This document shows positions 26,181 through 40,099 of a stretch of 64,000 nt of DNA, one piece after another (the first letter of the stretch is position 1; each line of letters begins with the position of its first letter). A model generated the notes under the pieces. It did not search any database and was not told the origin of the DNA. It worked only from the letters and a program-made list of their open reading frames with translations. Position numbers and translations under genes: made by a program. The DNA is taken from the NCBI RefSeq assembly GCF_018977255.1, contig NW_024704743.1, positions 60,700,001-60,764,000 of the forward strand, given 5' to 3'. Origin of the DNA: Callorhinchus milii. Lineage: Eukaryota.

Positions 26181-26489
26181 TATCCCCTTTCCCTTCCAGA
26201 AACATAACATTTACACAGCACCTTTTTCATGCTGGAAGGACATCTTGCCACTGTCGGCTGGGAACCTGAGCTGGGGTTGGGAACCAAGAGGTGGGATGGG
26301 GAGCGGAAAAGATGACCGAAAGAACGGTCAAAGAGTTAGGTCTTGACGTGCCTTGAAAGAAGGCAAAGAGTGAATGGAGGCACCCAAGCAATGGAACTCC
26401 AGAGAGCGGAGCAAAATGGCATTGGTGGAGCAGATGGGGGCGGAGCACATGAAGCAAGCTGGTGTTTGCTCTGCAAAGGGAGCCGCGCT

Positions 26490-26790
26490 CTCCTCTCTCA
26501 ATTACTCTCTCTCTCCCCCTCTTTCTCAATACACACACATTCTCTCTGTCCCCTCTCAAACTCTCGCATTCACCCTCTCTCAATCTCCCTGCTCTCTCTC
26601 TGTGTTTCTTTCTCACTCCGTTACCCTCACATTCACTCCCTCACCCTCTCACTCTCTCTCTCTCCCCCCTCTCACACTCTCACCCTCTCAATGCTCTCTC
26701 CTTCTCTCAAGCACTCTCTCTGTCACTCCCCTTCCTTACCTCTCACACACATTCTCTGCCCCCCCTCTCCCCCCAATCCCTCTCTCTCCC
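26490..26790 (+). repeat. CT-rich low-complexity/microsatellite tract
   Basis: Degenerate (CT)n/(CA)n sequence; accounts for the long spurious ORFs at 26227-27332. Confidence 0.85.
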
Positions 26791-27469
26791 AAACAGCCGC
26801 CCGGTTCACTATCAGCAGTGGCAGGAGCCGACGGTTGCTAAGGATGCGGTTGGCAAGGGACGCGCTTGTCTTCCTGCTGAACTACAGCAATGGCTGGTAT
26901 TTTTTCCACTCTCCACGCTGCGTCCTCCCAACCACCGGCTCCTGCTGTTGCCCTAGGAGGACGTTCACCAGGGAGGGAGGGAGCAAAAGTTGGAATGATG
27001 TATATGTTCTCGACTGGCCAAAATCAACCGGCGTGCCGGAAGCAGCTCATGGGCCATCAATTGGACCATGTAAAGCTTGGGAAAAGAAAATGCTATTGGC
27101 TTTTCAAATTCACTCCCTCCACAGTCCATGCAAAACCTCTCTTATCGTGGATTATATCCAACCACTTAATTCTCCTGGGGAAAGCTTTGCTTATAAACTC
27201 CCCAAGACTGCAATTAAGCATATTTTTCACCACCATATCACCACTAGTCAAACCTGGTCTTGGTCCCTTTACACAGAACTCTCATCCTTAATCGCTGTCT
27301 CAAAAGATCAGTTTGTTCCATGGGGAATTTAATTTGTTCATCTCATTCAACACTGTTCTCCCTCCGCCTCGCTCCCTACATCTTCACTTTCAAAAAAAAT
27401 TATAAAAAAACTCTTTTTGACTACCCTCCACTCAGCTCTGGCTCCATCCCTGTAAAAATATTAATAATC

Positions 27470-27842
27470 CATGCATTTGATACAGTGGCTTATCACATCT
27501 TCGAGACATCTTAAAGTGCCACACAAAGCGCTACACAGAATATACTGTAAAGTGAACTGACTGTATATTTTGTGGGAGAAACACAGCAGCCACGTTCGCA
27601 CAGCAGTATCCCACAAATTGTCATGGAATTGAGTACCAAATTATTATTTTTATTTATTATTTTGAAGGTATTACTACCCCCATTGATCCATCAATTGACT
27701 AACAACTGGGTCCCAACTTACTGCTAGGTGAACAGAGGCATGTGGAGTAAGAAAACTTTCCCAAAGTTTTGCCCTACCGGGAATAGAACCCAGGTCCTCT
27801 CGCTTGCGAGACGAGTGCTCTAAGCACTGCTGCAGGACTCCA
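27470..27842 (-). mobile_element. SINE, long subfamily with extra internal segment
   Basis: tRNA head at the 27842 end plus an extra CCTCTGTTCACCTAGCAGTAAG... segment. Confidence 0.82.
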
Positions 27843-29419
27843 CAGGACTGTAAAAGGCTTTGAGATGTTTTCTACCTGAAAGGTGTTATATAATTTGTTG
27901 CTGTTGATGACCAGATACTTGTCCAGTTGCAGAAAATGTGATATCACTTGTGATATTCAACACATCACACTTTGTGATTTAACCCCATTCAGATGCGTCA
28001 AGGTTTTGGTAACTCAGTCCAGTGATGGCGATTTGGACAGTCTTCAAAGTCACACCACATTAAAGAAGCAGACAAAAAGATGCATTCCATCCTCCCAACA
28101 AATACATACACATGTAAAGTAGGAAACCTAGAAATGTTGAGTTTAAAATGTATTGGTTTAATTGCCGGAAACAAACCTGGACATTTTAATGTGCAGCAAA
28201 TTGTTAAAATAACAAATATGGGATTGCCATTTCCTGCAATTTGTACATCCATAAACGAAAATGTCAAGATGGCTAGCTAATTCCTCCAGAAAAAATTGCA
28301 CCAAAGTTACGGAGTATTAAAATGTCATAACATCTTAGGGTTAAATCAAAATCAAATCATAATTGTTACATTTGATATAACATCTTACCACGGGATCAAG
28401 ACATCTCAAAGTGTTTCACAAAACTGCGTTTTTGTAGGCAAATGCGGCAGCCAATTTGCAGACAGCATTGGCCCACAAACAGCCATGAAGTGATTGACAA
28501 ATTTTATCTAGTTATTTGTATGGCACAATCATGGCATAGAGAGAAAGGATGCTAAATACAAAATTAAGTGAGGAAAGCCAGTATAACATTATTGAGATTC
28601 TCTCAGGAGGCCAACAAAGTCTCTATCCTCAAATACATTTTATACGCTGGTAATCAATCTGATTCTCTCTAATGAGTTCCCATGAGAACTCATATTAAAT
28701 AAATCACCACTCAAAAAGAAAAGGAGAAAATGAGTGCAAAATGCTCTTTATTTTACAAGGTTTATGCAAGTAATATGCTAAATTTCTGCTTTGCTTTCAT
28801 TTTATTGATTACATTTGAAAATTATTTTGTTAATCTAGAAATGTATTGATATTTGAATAGCACACAGCCCACAGTTAAACATCATTCTGAATTAATAAAT
28901 ACTTACCCCTTTGATTGTTCTTCGGTCACCTTAACCCCCCACCTCCAATCAAGCGCTTAGTCAGTTGTGAAGTCCTCCAAACATGAAAAGCGTTATAAAT
29001 TCACTACACTAATGCCCTGTTTTCTGGACTTTCCAGGCTGCAGATTAACTATGTAGACCATGTCCTCTTCCTCACCAGTCTGTCACCCTTATCCTTGCTC
29101 GACTCCATTGGCTTCCCATCCTCTAGTGGATCAAAATCCCTCCACAGCCTCACCTCGCCCAATCTCCAAAGCCTCCTTCAACCCTACTGTCCCGTCCACG
29201 CCCTTCAATCAGAGAACACCTGCTTCACGTCCCCTATCCTATCCTCTCCACCATCAGCGGATAGGCTTTCAGCCATTCTCTCCCTGCTCTCTGGACCTCC
29301 AAATCCATCACTCCCTCCCTCACCTTTTTCAAGGCACGTGTCAAGTCACATCTCTTTGACCATGCTTTGTCTATCCTTCCTCTCCTCAGGCTCCCATCCC
29401 AATGTATTGTGTTGCTTAC

Positions 29420-29540
29420 CTATCGGTTTATTCACGCCCAGGAAGCCAGCTTGTCCGAGAATTTTGAAAATTCGATGGGCTGGGAATATTCCTTCTTCTT
29501 CCCATTTATCAACAAAAGGATTGATTTCCTTCTCAATGAT
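29420..29540 (-). CDS. Acyl-CoA dehydrogenase exon 2
   Basis: Acceptor ctcacag|ATC; IIEKEINPFVDKWEEEGIFPAHRIFKILGQAGFLGVNKPI; donor G|GTAAGC; 121 nt, phase 0 to 1; typical ACAD N-terminal helices. Confidence 0.95.
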
Positions 29541-31499
29541 CTGTGAGAAACAGAGAGAACATTCCTTGGTTAACACTTTCAACAAAAACGTTCATTGATA
29601 ATTAACACATCACACATTGCAATTTGCACACCATTCAAATGTGGCAAGCAGTCAGCAAATTGATATTCTCAGTGCAGTGATTGAGATTTTCACTGCCTTC
29701 TGAGTCATAACACATTGAGGTGTTAGAAAAGAAAGTACATCCCATGATCCCAGCGAATACAAGCACAATTTATACAATACAATTTACATTTATATAGTGC
29801 CTTTCACATCAGGAGGACATTTCAAAACGCTTGATAATGCTGGATAGCCAAGGGCTGCAGGTGGGAGCCAAGTACTGCGGGTAGGGGAAAGATATATGTT
29901 ATTAACTATGCTCAAGTAGAAATTGGATATGAAGCGCTTACAAATGTGTTTATTTAATTCAGGGCAAAATGGGCAAAAGCTGGGAATTTAAATTTGCAAA
30001 ACATTATTAAAATGTGGGATTGTCATTTTCTGTATTGTGTAAAATTTTGATTCTCATCAAGGAAAATATCAAGAAGGCAACAACAAAAAATTACATTTGT
30101 ATAGCGCCTTTCAAGCTGAGCTAATTCTTCTTGAGAAGTCTGAAAGCAGAAACCTGCACATTCATAACTTTTGCAACAATGACGTATATTTTTGTGAAGA
30201 TGGCAACTGCTGTTGGGGTATACCCCTCTCTCTAACCTCATGTAATTATTATTCGTGAGCCAATAGATTGCATATCAGCAATATTACTGTAGGTACCTCC
30301 AGTGGCGCGGCGCATACTACAACTGGCCTCAGTTTGCTGAGTGGAAAATCCACTTGGAAAATCCAGTCTGGATTTCTATATCTTTAATCTCTACTACTTG
30401 AAATAAGATGTTCAAGCATAGGCTTGGTAAGATTCAGATTATTTATACTAATTTTATTGTTTTATTCTAGCTATGCAAACTATGGAACATGATAACAGCA
30501 TTCAATCCCGTTCTTACTTGATGTAGACTTTCCAGTTAGGGAATACTTGAAATTGATCAGGAAAGCCTTATCTTTCTGGCTTATGTCCTCCCACTTCCAG
30601 TGACCTCAATCCATAATGCTGCCTATGTCAATGTGGCAATATTACCCTAATTAAAGTGTTTAGCTTGATTGAAGTATTTAGTCCAACACAGATCGGAGTG
30701 ATAAATCCTGCCTAAGCATCTTAAGCAGTTGTAGAAAAGTCAACAAAATATGTTTGCCAATTTCTGCTACATTATACTGCTTGAAACTGCTGACACATTT
30801 TTTCTCTAATCATAAATATTTTCTTGAGTTCAGATGCATTGCTATATATTGCTATGAATCTCTTTGAACCATTATAACCAACATATATGGTGCATGTACA
30901 ATAGGTGGAATACTCAGTGGGAGGCTGCTGAAGATCTCTTTAGCACTATAGAGCCAAGCTCAATTTCTAGTTTCAGCTGACATCATTCTCAGACTTCTCC
31001 CACAAGATCGGTTATCTGGGACGAGGGAAACAAAATTGATCAGGAAGGAGACGCTCTACTTGTCCTCAAATGTGCCCAAAGTAGCAGCAGTATTAATACT
31101 CATGCAAATATCTGAAGCTGAACAATCCATTGTCCCCTCTTCCTTCTATCAACCCAAGCATGAGAAAAATCAACATTATTATTTATAATAATAATCCTTG
31201 CATTTTGTAAAGCCCTTTTCATCTCAGGAGAATGTCTCAATTGCTTCGCAGAATTTACTGTAAAGATTAGTGATGTTTGTCGACAAAAGTAACAGCCTAT
31301 CTATGCACACCAATGTCCCACAATCAGCCATGAAGTGAATGACAATTTTTTTTATTTGGCGGATTGTGGTCCAGGACACCAGAAGAAGCTCCCTTCTCTT
31401 TTCAAATAGTGTAACAGAAACAAAGCTTAACATGCATAAATATCCCACATCACTGATCAGAACATTTGGGCTCATGTGGCGAGTATTAATTTTTAGCTA

Positions 31500-31930
31500 A
31501 TAAGATCACAAGATTGGTTTGGATGAAGAAGACACTTCGATCCATCTGATGTCATCCCATCAATCTTCTGATCCCACTTTCGATTATCTTTCCCTTCCCC
31601 ACTCTCCTTGGTTTCCACCCCCAGTTCGCCCAGTCAACATTGTTAAGAACTTGAAGGTATCCTTCTGGCGTGAAAGGTGTCTATATAAGTATACATTGTA
31701 TCCCTCCAGAATACCAAACCTCCTTTCAAGCAACAAGGGAGTCCAGTGTACTGGCATCAACCACCCTTCCTGGCAATGTATTCCAGTCACTGATTATCCT
31801 CTGAGTAAAGATAAACTTCCTGGTATCTGTCCTGAAACTGTCCTTTGCAACTCTGAACCTATGTCCTCTTGTTCTGCTGTCTTGATGCATTCTAAAGTAT
31901 TGTTCTGGTTTACTTTTTCCAATTCCATTT
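31500..31930 (-). mobile_element. CR1-like 3' end interrupted by an L2 tail. Related tails at ~52230-52510 and 53095-53290
   Basis: Encodes RTRGHRFRV...RKFIFTQRIISDWNTLP. The tail matches the 53095 copy apart from a 141-bp insert. Confidence 0.8.
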
Positions 31931-33436
31931 AAAATTGTATTTTGTATGTGATTCTTTAGTTTCAAAAAAAACATTCTGGATATACTTTTTATTACCACAA
32001 AAATGAACACCAGCAGCTCCTTACCACCATTTTACCCAATATAATTCTGCATACAACATGCAGTCCTGTGCAAATACAATTCCAGTATTTTTCCAGTTAC
32101 ATCATTAATGCAATGTTTTGGTGAGCATTCCACAATGAATGGCCATTCTCCATGCATGGATCATCGCCACGCCAACTGCTTTCGAAGGGATGAGGGGGAA
32201 TTTTCACTCGCATTACAAAAACATCCTGCAGGATTTATTTTATTTGTTCAAAATAACAAACGCGGATGTTATCAAAACAAATGTGGATGAGTGGAAGTGA
32301 CATCAATGAAATTGGTGTAATCTCAAGCACAGATGAATAGCATAAGACACAAATGATTCCTTTCATTCATTTCAGTATGTTTGAAGCCTTTACGTCTGGT
32401 AATATAGGATGACCCAAAACAAACTATCATATAGAACAATACTTTTTACATCTCGCTGTCAGTGATGTAACATTGTTAACACATTTGAAAATATTATTCA
32501 GACAATAACCAGCACTACAGATGAGATCACTCTGAACAGTTCTAACCTACCAGGATACAGAAAAAAGGTTGGCTGTTTTGTCATTTCCTTGACAACACAG
32601 TTTTGTGTGCACAACAAATCATGCAGCTCACTCTAAATGTCACCTGGAATGGTTTTAGTAAAACCTCAGAACTTTCACATTGTGCAAGCAAGATGACAGT
32701 GCAGACATCCTGAAATGGTAACCTATAAAAATTGTTTGCTGAAATGTTTGTTCCCTGCTACCAGTGGCTAATGTCCCCCTTCAAGTCCTTCCCGATGAAC
32801 CAGACTGGCTGGTGTACTATCAGCAATGCCCTGGAGTGCTGCAGACCCACCAGGATCAACTTGATTCTCATATTCCAATCTGGAGCCAACTAAACCCCAA
32901 GGAGACTGACACTTATGCCTCCTCTCACATTCCCGGAGGACAGAATTATAAAATCAGAAAGCAGAGAATGGGTAAAAGCCAACCAGAACATCAAGTTACC
33001 TCCTCCACAGATGATATACAATCTACCCAATCATGAACTCTACTCCATCCATTTATTCTCCCGAGGAAAGTTCAGCGAACACACTGACCTGACCCACAAG
33101 GGTAATCAAACAAAATTCAAGATCATCTGTTCATCACACATAAACACTCCCATTCTCTTGTCCACGGATTTACTTGACCCCAGCAGCACAGACACCATGG
33201 CATTCCATGAATTTTGATCATCTGTCCTCATTTTCATCCCTATTAATTCCAGTTCTTTCACGCTGGATATTTAGCTTATTTTCAAAACGTTCAAATGGCA
33301 CAATATTAAACCTCTTTTGCCAGGGTTCTGTTTCACTTCCATTTCCCTGTGGGAAACAAACATCTGGTTTGTTACAAGAGGCTTGTTACATTTTCACTTG
33401 TATCATCTATTCAATACCCAAAACATTGCTTGCAAC

Positions 33437-33762
33437 TCCTGTAGCTCAGTGGTTAGAGCACTCGCTTTGCAAGCGAGAGACCTGAGTTCAATTCCAGGCA
33501 GAGGGCGAAACCTTGGGCAAGTTTCCTTACTCCACACAGAGCCTAATAATAATCCCTCCAAAACCAAAATCAATAATAAAATTGGCATTTTCAATCTACG
33601 ACTGTTTGTGGGACATTGCTGTGCGCAATTGGCTGCCGTGTTCGCCCACAAATTTACAGCCAATTCACTTTACAGTGTGTTCTGTGAAGCGCTTTGGGAC
33701 ATCCTTCCGATGTGAAAAGCGCTATATAAAATGCAAGGATTATTATTATTATTATATTATTA
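33437..33762 (+). mobile_element. Nearly full-length SINE
   Basis: Near-identical to the 2168 and 14805 copies. Confidence 0.92.
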
Positions 33763-35821
33763 TCGACATTATCTATAAGTAACATAATGTAAATATTTGT
33801 ATATATTTGAAGTACTGCGGGTAAGTAGCATTAATGTTTAAAAACCTGCTTCAATCCTCCCAACCCGACTGCTCCCGTCACTCAGCAAACACTGGCTGCT
33901 TTAGGTCCCCCGTCCTATCCGCCCCACCATTCTGCCCCGACTTTTTGGAACTCAATCCCAGAATCCCACCAATTTGCTCCTTCCCTCCCCTCTTTCAAGC
34001 TAGGTTTCAAAATACATCACTCTTCGGTCATCTTTGGCCTCCTTACCTGACGTTCCATGCGCTAAGTTCTCATGTAGAAAGCCATGCAGTGTGTCCCAGA
34101 AGCAGGATTGGTGGGCAATGTTTTCACAGACCCATGGGGTCTGAGTTTATGGACCCAAACCCATTCTAATTCCAAACCCATTATTGCCCCTTATATTGCG
34201 CCGGCTTCATCTTCTCACAACACTAATAGACCAGCACTCAAACGTGCAGCAAATCTATCATTGTGACCGTCTCCATGCACTAATTGCTTAGAGCAGGTCT
34301 GCCAGCTTGCACAGGAAAATATCTAAAATGGAATAAAGCTTCTCTCATGAACTAAACAATACATATTTACACTAGGGAATGACTGACACTGTAATCTCAC
34401 CTTGTGGCTCAGTTAATGATCACCCGCTGCTTCTGGCAATGTCAGAACCCTTCATGTCAGGAGGACATCCCAAAGTGTTTCACAAGATATATTGTAAAGT
34501 GCAGTAACTGTGTATTTTAGGTGAAGTACGACACCTCTTGTACAAAATGAAATGAGTGTGGAAGAAACAAAAAGCCCCAAATTATATTGCAAATTCAAAG
34601 GACTAGGTCAAGGTGACTTCATGATAACAAAACTGGCAAAGGGAGAGTGAAGCTGAGTAAACTCCCTGTGGTCAACTCAGTGATCCAATTGTCCGAAGAA
34701 AGAACTTGTAATAGGACCTTAACAGCAATATCGATGCTAAGCTTTGTGGTTTTAGCTGGTTAGACTCCAGCAGTACCCCAATGCACACTCTGTGATCCCC
34801 AGGCCATAGCTCTTGCCAACATTCGCCTAATACTTTCTGGAATTAGGTAAGCAGGATGTGCCCTCCAGGGAGAGAGTGTGCAATCCATTCCAACAATCTA
34901 TCTCTGGGATTTCCATGTGTAGGTGGGATGCACGGAAATCTCAGTTTGGTTTAGATACTCTTAATTTCTTAAGCATAGTGATGGGTTTCCACATGGGTCA
35001 AAACACTTGGCTGGTCAAAACAAACCGGATCACACTGAAATGTCTAAAAACCTCAAACAGCTTTACAGTACTTATTGTTTGTGTGATGTAGGCAAACACG
35101 CAGCCATTTTGTAAACAACAAAGTCACACAAACAGCCATGAGATGAATGGTATTCATCTGGAAGATATTTGGCTAGGATAAAATAATCCTCGCAATTGAT
35201 ATAGCGCTTTTCACATCTTCTAGACATCTCAAAGTGCTTCACAGAATATACTGTAAAGTGAACTGTCTGTATATTTGTGGGCGAAACGCGGAAGCCAATT
35301 CAGCACAGCAATATGACACAAACAGTCGTGACCAATTTATTATTTTTTTACTGGGAGAAACTCTTTATTTTTGAATAGTCTCAAGAGATCATTATTGTTC
35401 ACCTGAGCAGGCAGACAGTACCATTGCTTAACGTGTCAGAGGACAGATAATTCATCTCCAGAAATACAGTGCTCCCCTTCAACCTGCAACCAAAACAGTT
35501 TTGGAGTATTTTCAGGCACTACTGTAGATTAACCAACCTGCTAGATATCACTCATGGACAAAATTCTTCCCAGTCAGAACCCGATTGAAATGCAAGGTGG
35601 TGTAGTGGCCTTGCTGGAGAAGTACTATGAAGCTTACCAATACAGTACTTTGTACTGAACATAATTTAGCTGGTTCAATTTCAGGACTCCAATGTAAACT
35701 TTGGGGATCCTATTGCCTCTCTTTCTAACAACATACCAGGTATAGACAAGCAGGAGTGTGCTCCCAAGCCAAACTAGTAAACAGAACTGTGAGTTCTCAG
35801 CAGCTGGAACTGCTGACTCTT

Positions 35822-36110
35822 ATAATAATAATAATCCTTGCATTTGATGTAGCGCCTTATTATGTCTTCCAGACGGCTCAAAGCGCTTCACAGAATATAC
35901 CGTAAAGTGAATTGACTGTATATTTTGTGGGAAAAATGTGGCAGCCAATTGCGCACAGCAGAGTCCCATAAACAGTTGTGGATTGAGTGACCAAATTATT
36001 ATTTTTGTTTAGGGTATTATTACCCCTGGAAAAGTAATCCACCAATCGGCTAACAACTGAGTTCCCACTTATTGCTAAGTAAATAGAGTAGAGGACTAGT
36101 GAGGAAATTC
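35822..36110 (-). mobile_element. 5'-truncated SINE, long subfamily
   Basis: Reverse complement of body, extra segment and tail. Confidence 0.8.
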
Positions 36111-38517
36111 TTCGCAAATCACAGGGTTTCCATACATGTCGGACTCATGGCTAACAAACCAAACAGAATTAAAAGGCACTAACAGACCAGTACTAAACAT
36201 TTAACAATTCCATTTTCAGGAGTGAGTGAGTTATTTAAGAATCAATCACCTCAAGTAATAAAACAGAACACTTATAACAGCGCATACAACTGCCATTAAT
36301 AAACATTAAGAAACAATATATTAAGCATTGAAATTGTGAATGAGTTTCATAAGTTAAAGTAGAGCCTTCTCTATACTCTAATAATAACTTGCTTCTTTAT
36401 GAAATATGGACGTTTCAAACCACAGGTGTCGCTACCTGCACTATTCTCATGGATAAGCCCTGGTGCTTTTGTTTGTTGCTCCAGCGTACTCTGTCATGAC
36501 AATTTTGAAAGACTTTCATGTTGCACTACAAACAAAATATTGTAATTAATATCATACCCCCTGAACATTAAGAAAAATGACAGTAATATTCTACAAAAAA
36601 TATTCAACAGTGAATATAAATGTCAAAAAGTCACATTTGAATGTGTAGCCAGTTTTCTGGAAGTTCTTTTAATAAGCCGCCTTTTCATGGAATGGGCCTG
36701 AGTCTTGCTACACAAATAATCCTATATTTTCATGCGACTGCTAAGGGTTGCTTTTGGTTATCCTATTAAAGTAAATGTCTGTTTTAATTAATTTATTTTC
36801 TATGACCTATTTGATTTCTCACAAAAACTTCCAAGCGCAAACAGCAAAATGAAACGGGCTGCGAAAAAAATGCAATAAAAATGCAATGCTTTGTAAGTAA
36901 CAGCTGTCTGAAACCGTGTCTTAAAAAAATGTTTCTCTGTTGAAAGTTACAAAGGGCAGCTCAAGAGCTCTGAATGGGTTTCAGAGAGGGGAGGAGAGAG
37001 GGGAGAAAGCCCAATGCAATTTACACCTATTTATACTCTGGGTGAAAATTGCAATGCTTCCAATACCTTCCTCATTATTGCTGGTCTGCTGAGTTTCCAT
37101 AGGATTGAGTGCACACAAAGCAAGACTCTTAAGATTTCACTGAAACTCTTAAGATTTCACTGACTAACTGAGTCATTATTTATGCTGCAAATTTGGTGGC
37201 CAAAATTGTCAGCATTTTGTCACTAAATGCATAATAATAATAATCTTTGCAGTTGATATACTGTATGATCATGCCTTCGAGATATCTCAAAGCACTTCAC
37301 AGAATATACTGTAAAGTGAATTGACTGTCTATGTTGTGGGCGAAACGTGGCAAAATATATCAAGGCATAGTGAAAGATAGAAAATAAACCATCACGTGCT
37401 GTGAGGTTGCATAATTCAAGAATATTGTCTGTTTAAGAGCAGTTTTGACTGCTTCCCATGATTTTTTATTCATGTATTTTATATTGCATATCAAATTTTC
37501 TTTGCTTTTCAACTGTGAAAAACATTAAAAAGCTTTATTTCCAATGTAACATTCTAAGTTTGCGGTGATCTTTTGTATTTGATAACGGAAGTGCTGGCAG
37601 AGTAATACACCACTATTCCAATTCATTGAAATCAGTGCAATTTTGAGTCTCATTTGGGTGTACTCAATCCAGTATTTAAAAATGCACTTTAACATGGTAG
37701 GAAGGCAGAGAAGAAAGACAGCATGTCAGAACAAGAGACAAAATCTATAAAAAGAGACAAATAAACAGGAAGCAACAAGAATGCAGGTAATAGAGATTAC
37801 AGTCGCAAATAGAAAATAAGGGCAACAACAAAGGACACAGAACAACAATGGGGCAATTTGAATAGACAGCAGTGAAAATCCTCAAACCATAACTGTGTAC
37901 AAGGCTGGAAAACCCACACATTGTATCAAACACATTGTATAGTGAAGATAACAGCGAGACAGAAATTGACATTGTAAAAGTGGTCGAGTTCAAAACAATA
38001 TTTGAACAAAGCACACGAAGAGAACAAGACTTCAAATGACTCATGTTAATTTCTAAGGACCTCTACAATAAGAAAGTAATTACAGAATGCATTATCCACT
38101 GACACCTGTATTGAGACTAATCCATTAAGCAGACCAGACATCTGAAAACCATACATCCATTCTGTGTGACCTTCTTAGTTTTCTGAGCTAATTAATTTAA
38201 CCTTGAATACAGTAGGCAACTTTGAATTGCACATAAGATAAACTTTATAATAAAATGCTACACAATTACTTTGACAGCATGAAAGATGAAGCTAAAGAAC
38301 TGTACCATAACACTCTCGCATATGTCACTTTGTACCTCAGGGGATGCGCAATGCTTAGAAAATGAACTAAGAACCTATAACCCTGCTTTAGAGCTCAACT
38401 ATTAGAACAAAACATAGTCAGTTATCACACCTGCCCACTCTTGTTAAACAGCATCAAATTGAAAATAAGGTTTTGTCTGCCACATGAAATCCAATGGTAA
38501 ACTGGAAGAGTACAGGC

Positions 38518-38722
38518 CCAGTATTATTATACTATTAGATATGTGGGTCAACCAGAAACAGTGCTCATTTAAAAAAAAATCTTTGGAGTTGCAAAGGTTT
38601 TGTTTTTCAGTCAATTCAGCCCTGAATTGACTGAAAAACAAAACCTTTGCAACTCCAAAGATTTTGTTTAAATGGGCACTGTTTCTGGTTGACCCATATA
38701 TCTAATAGTATAATAATACTGG
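38518..38722. repeat. 205-bp near-perfect palindrome
   Basis: ~101-bp arms (CCAGTATTATTATACT...TCAATTCAG / CTGAATTGA...AGTATAATAATACTGG) around a 2-nt loop, about 3 mismatches and 1 indel. Confidence 0.95.
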
Positions 38723-40099
38723 CTAATAGATGGTTGATCAAATGGCTGCATACCATAACAAATGATAAACAGAGGCTCGGTCAAGGATTGGGAGAACTAG
38801 TACCAACCCATGGAGATGCAAAAGAAGACCTAAATAGTCAACCTCATAAAAATAGCTACTGTAGCCAAAGAGGCAGGTCTGAGAATATCAAGCAATTCAA
38901 TAACTTTTTGTTCAGGATCAATCGACAGTTAGGATGTTGGCTTTTTTATTTTATCATTCTATCATGATCTGTAATGTATTTTAAATACCTAAATCACCTC
39001 ACTCTTTAACCTCCTCCGCTCTAGGAAAGTAACCCCCGTCTACCAAACAAGTTTGAGCTTTAAAGTGTGCCTCTCACTATTGGGTGATGTACATCACCAC
39101 TCTTCACTGACCCTGTTTAATTCTCTTGCTTAGTTTGTAACCCTCAGAGGGTTGTTATAATGTGGAATGCTTGAGCCGCTGAACTATGGTTCAGGCAGAA
39201 ACCATATTAGTTTTTAAGAGGGAATAAGATAAAGTACCTGAAAAGGAGAAACATAAAAGGGTATCCAGAAAAAGCAGGAGAATGGGACTAACGGATAGCT
39301 ATTTCATAGTCAGCACAGATACATTGGGTAGAATGGCCTCCTTCTTTACTGTAAATTTATATTTCTAGCAGTGGGGAAATTTTCATTATGGGTGATGGGG
39401 CAGGTAGAGGAAATTATTGGACGCCTGGCCATTGTGTAACAAGGATGTCTTAATCTCTTTAGACAATGCGCCATGCAGCCAATTGAAATACATTTCATCC
39501 AAACAAGTATTGAATTTCTTGCAATAAATACAGAATGCCAAGGAATTACATGTGTGCTTCAGTTAACATAGAACAAGAAGCATTTTATAACGTTTGTATA
39601 AACAGTGTTCTTGGTGTTTACTAAGCTATTGTTCGATGTTGTCGGTCCTTTTCATTGGTGCTGCAAAAGTGTATAATTGCACTACTTCCTTTCAATTTAA
39701 GAATGATATGAAATTTTATATTTTCAATCATGCCTCCCAGGAGCAACATCCCCAAGCCCCAGCTCAATCAAGATTAGGCCACCTAGGAGGACAGGTGATA
39801 TTTTTTATGGCGTGGCGGGGTAGTGATATGAGGAGAGTCAGGAAAGGTGGAACGGAGAACAGTGAGAAGAGATTCCCTCCCGAAGAGGGCAGAACAAGCA
39901 GACCTCTTGGAGATCAGGGTATGGACATTCAGGGTGGCTGCTCTGGGACATCCATCAGGGAGTGAGAACAGAGGATAACAGTCCAGAATTTTCACATGTA
40001 AATTCTCAGATTCAGAGCTCGTACATTTACAAAAGCACCCACTACATTTTGTTCTATGACAAAACAAAGTGAGGTTTTATACATTAAGTGAGGTTACAA

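Larger units (their letters stand above)
25351..27067 (+). mobile_element. hAT/Charlie-like non-autonomous DNA transposon with nested insertions
   Basis: Left end CTGGGTGGTCCAAACTTTTGGC...GGCCGGATT; right end ...GGGCCATCAATTGGACC (terminal bases lost). 8-bp flanks ATGTAAAC / ATGTAAAG fit the NTNTANAN target preference. Confidence 0.6.

Noticed and set aside
25483..26269. Pro/Ser-rich ORFs (also 21716-22207, 61570-61896, 62958-63494)
   Set aside because: Alternative frames of C-rich L2 fragments.
26343..27332. 329-aa ORF and overlapping ORFs
   Set aside because: They run through an antisense L2 end, a CT-rich tract and a MITE; low-complexity translation with no recognisable domain.
37125..37163. 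Short tandem duplications (also ~3371-3400, 4172-4205, 44568-44600)
   Set aside because: Ordinary slippage duplications with no sign of function.
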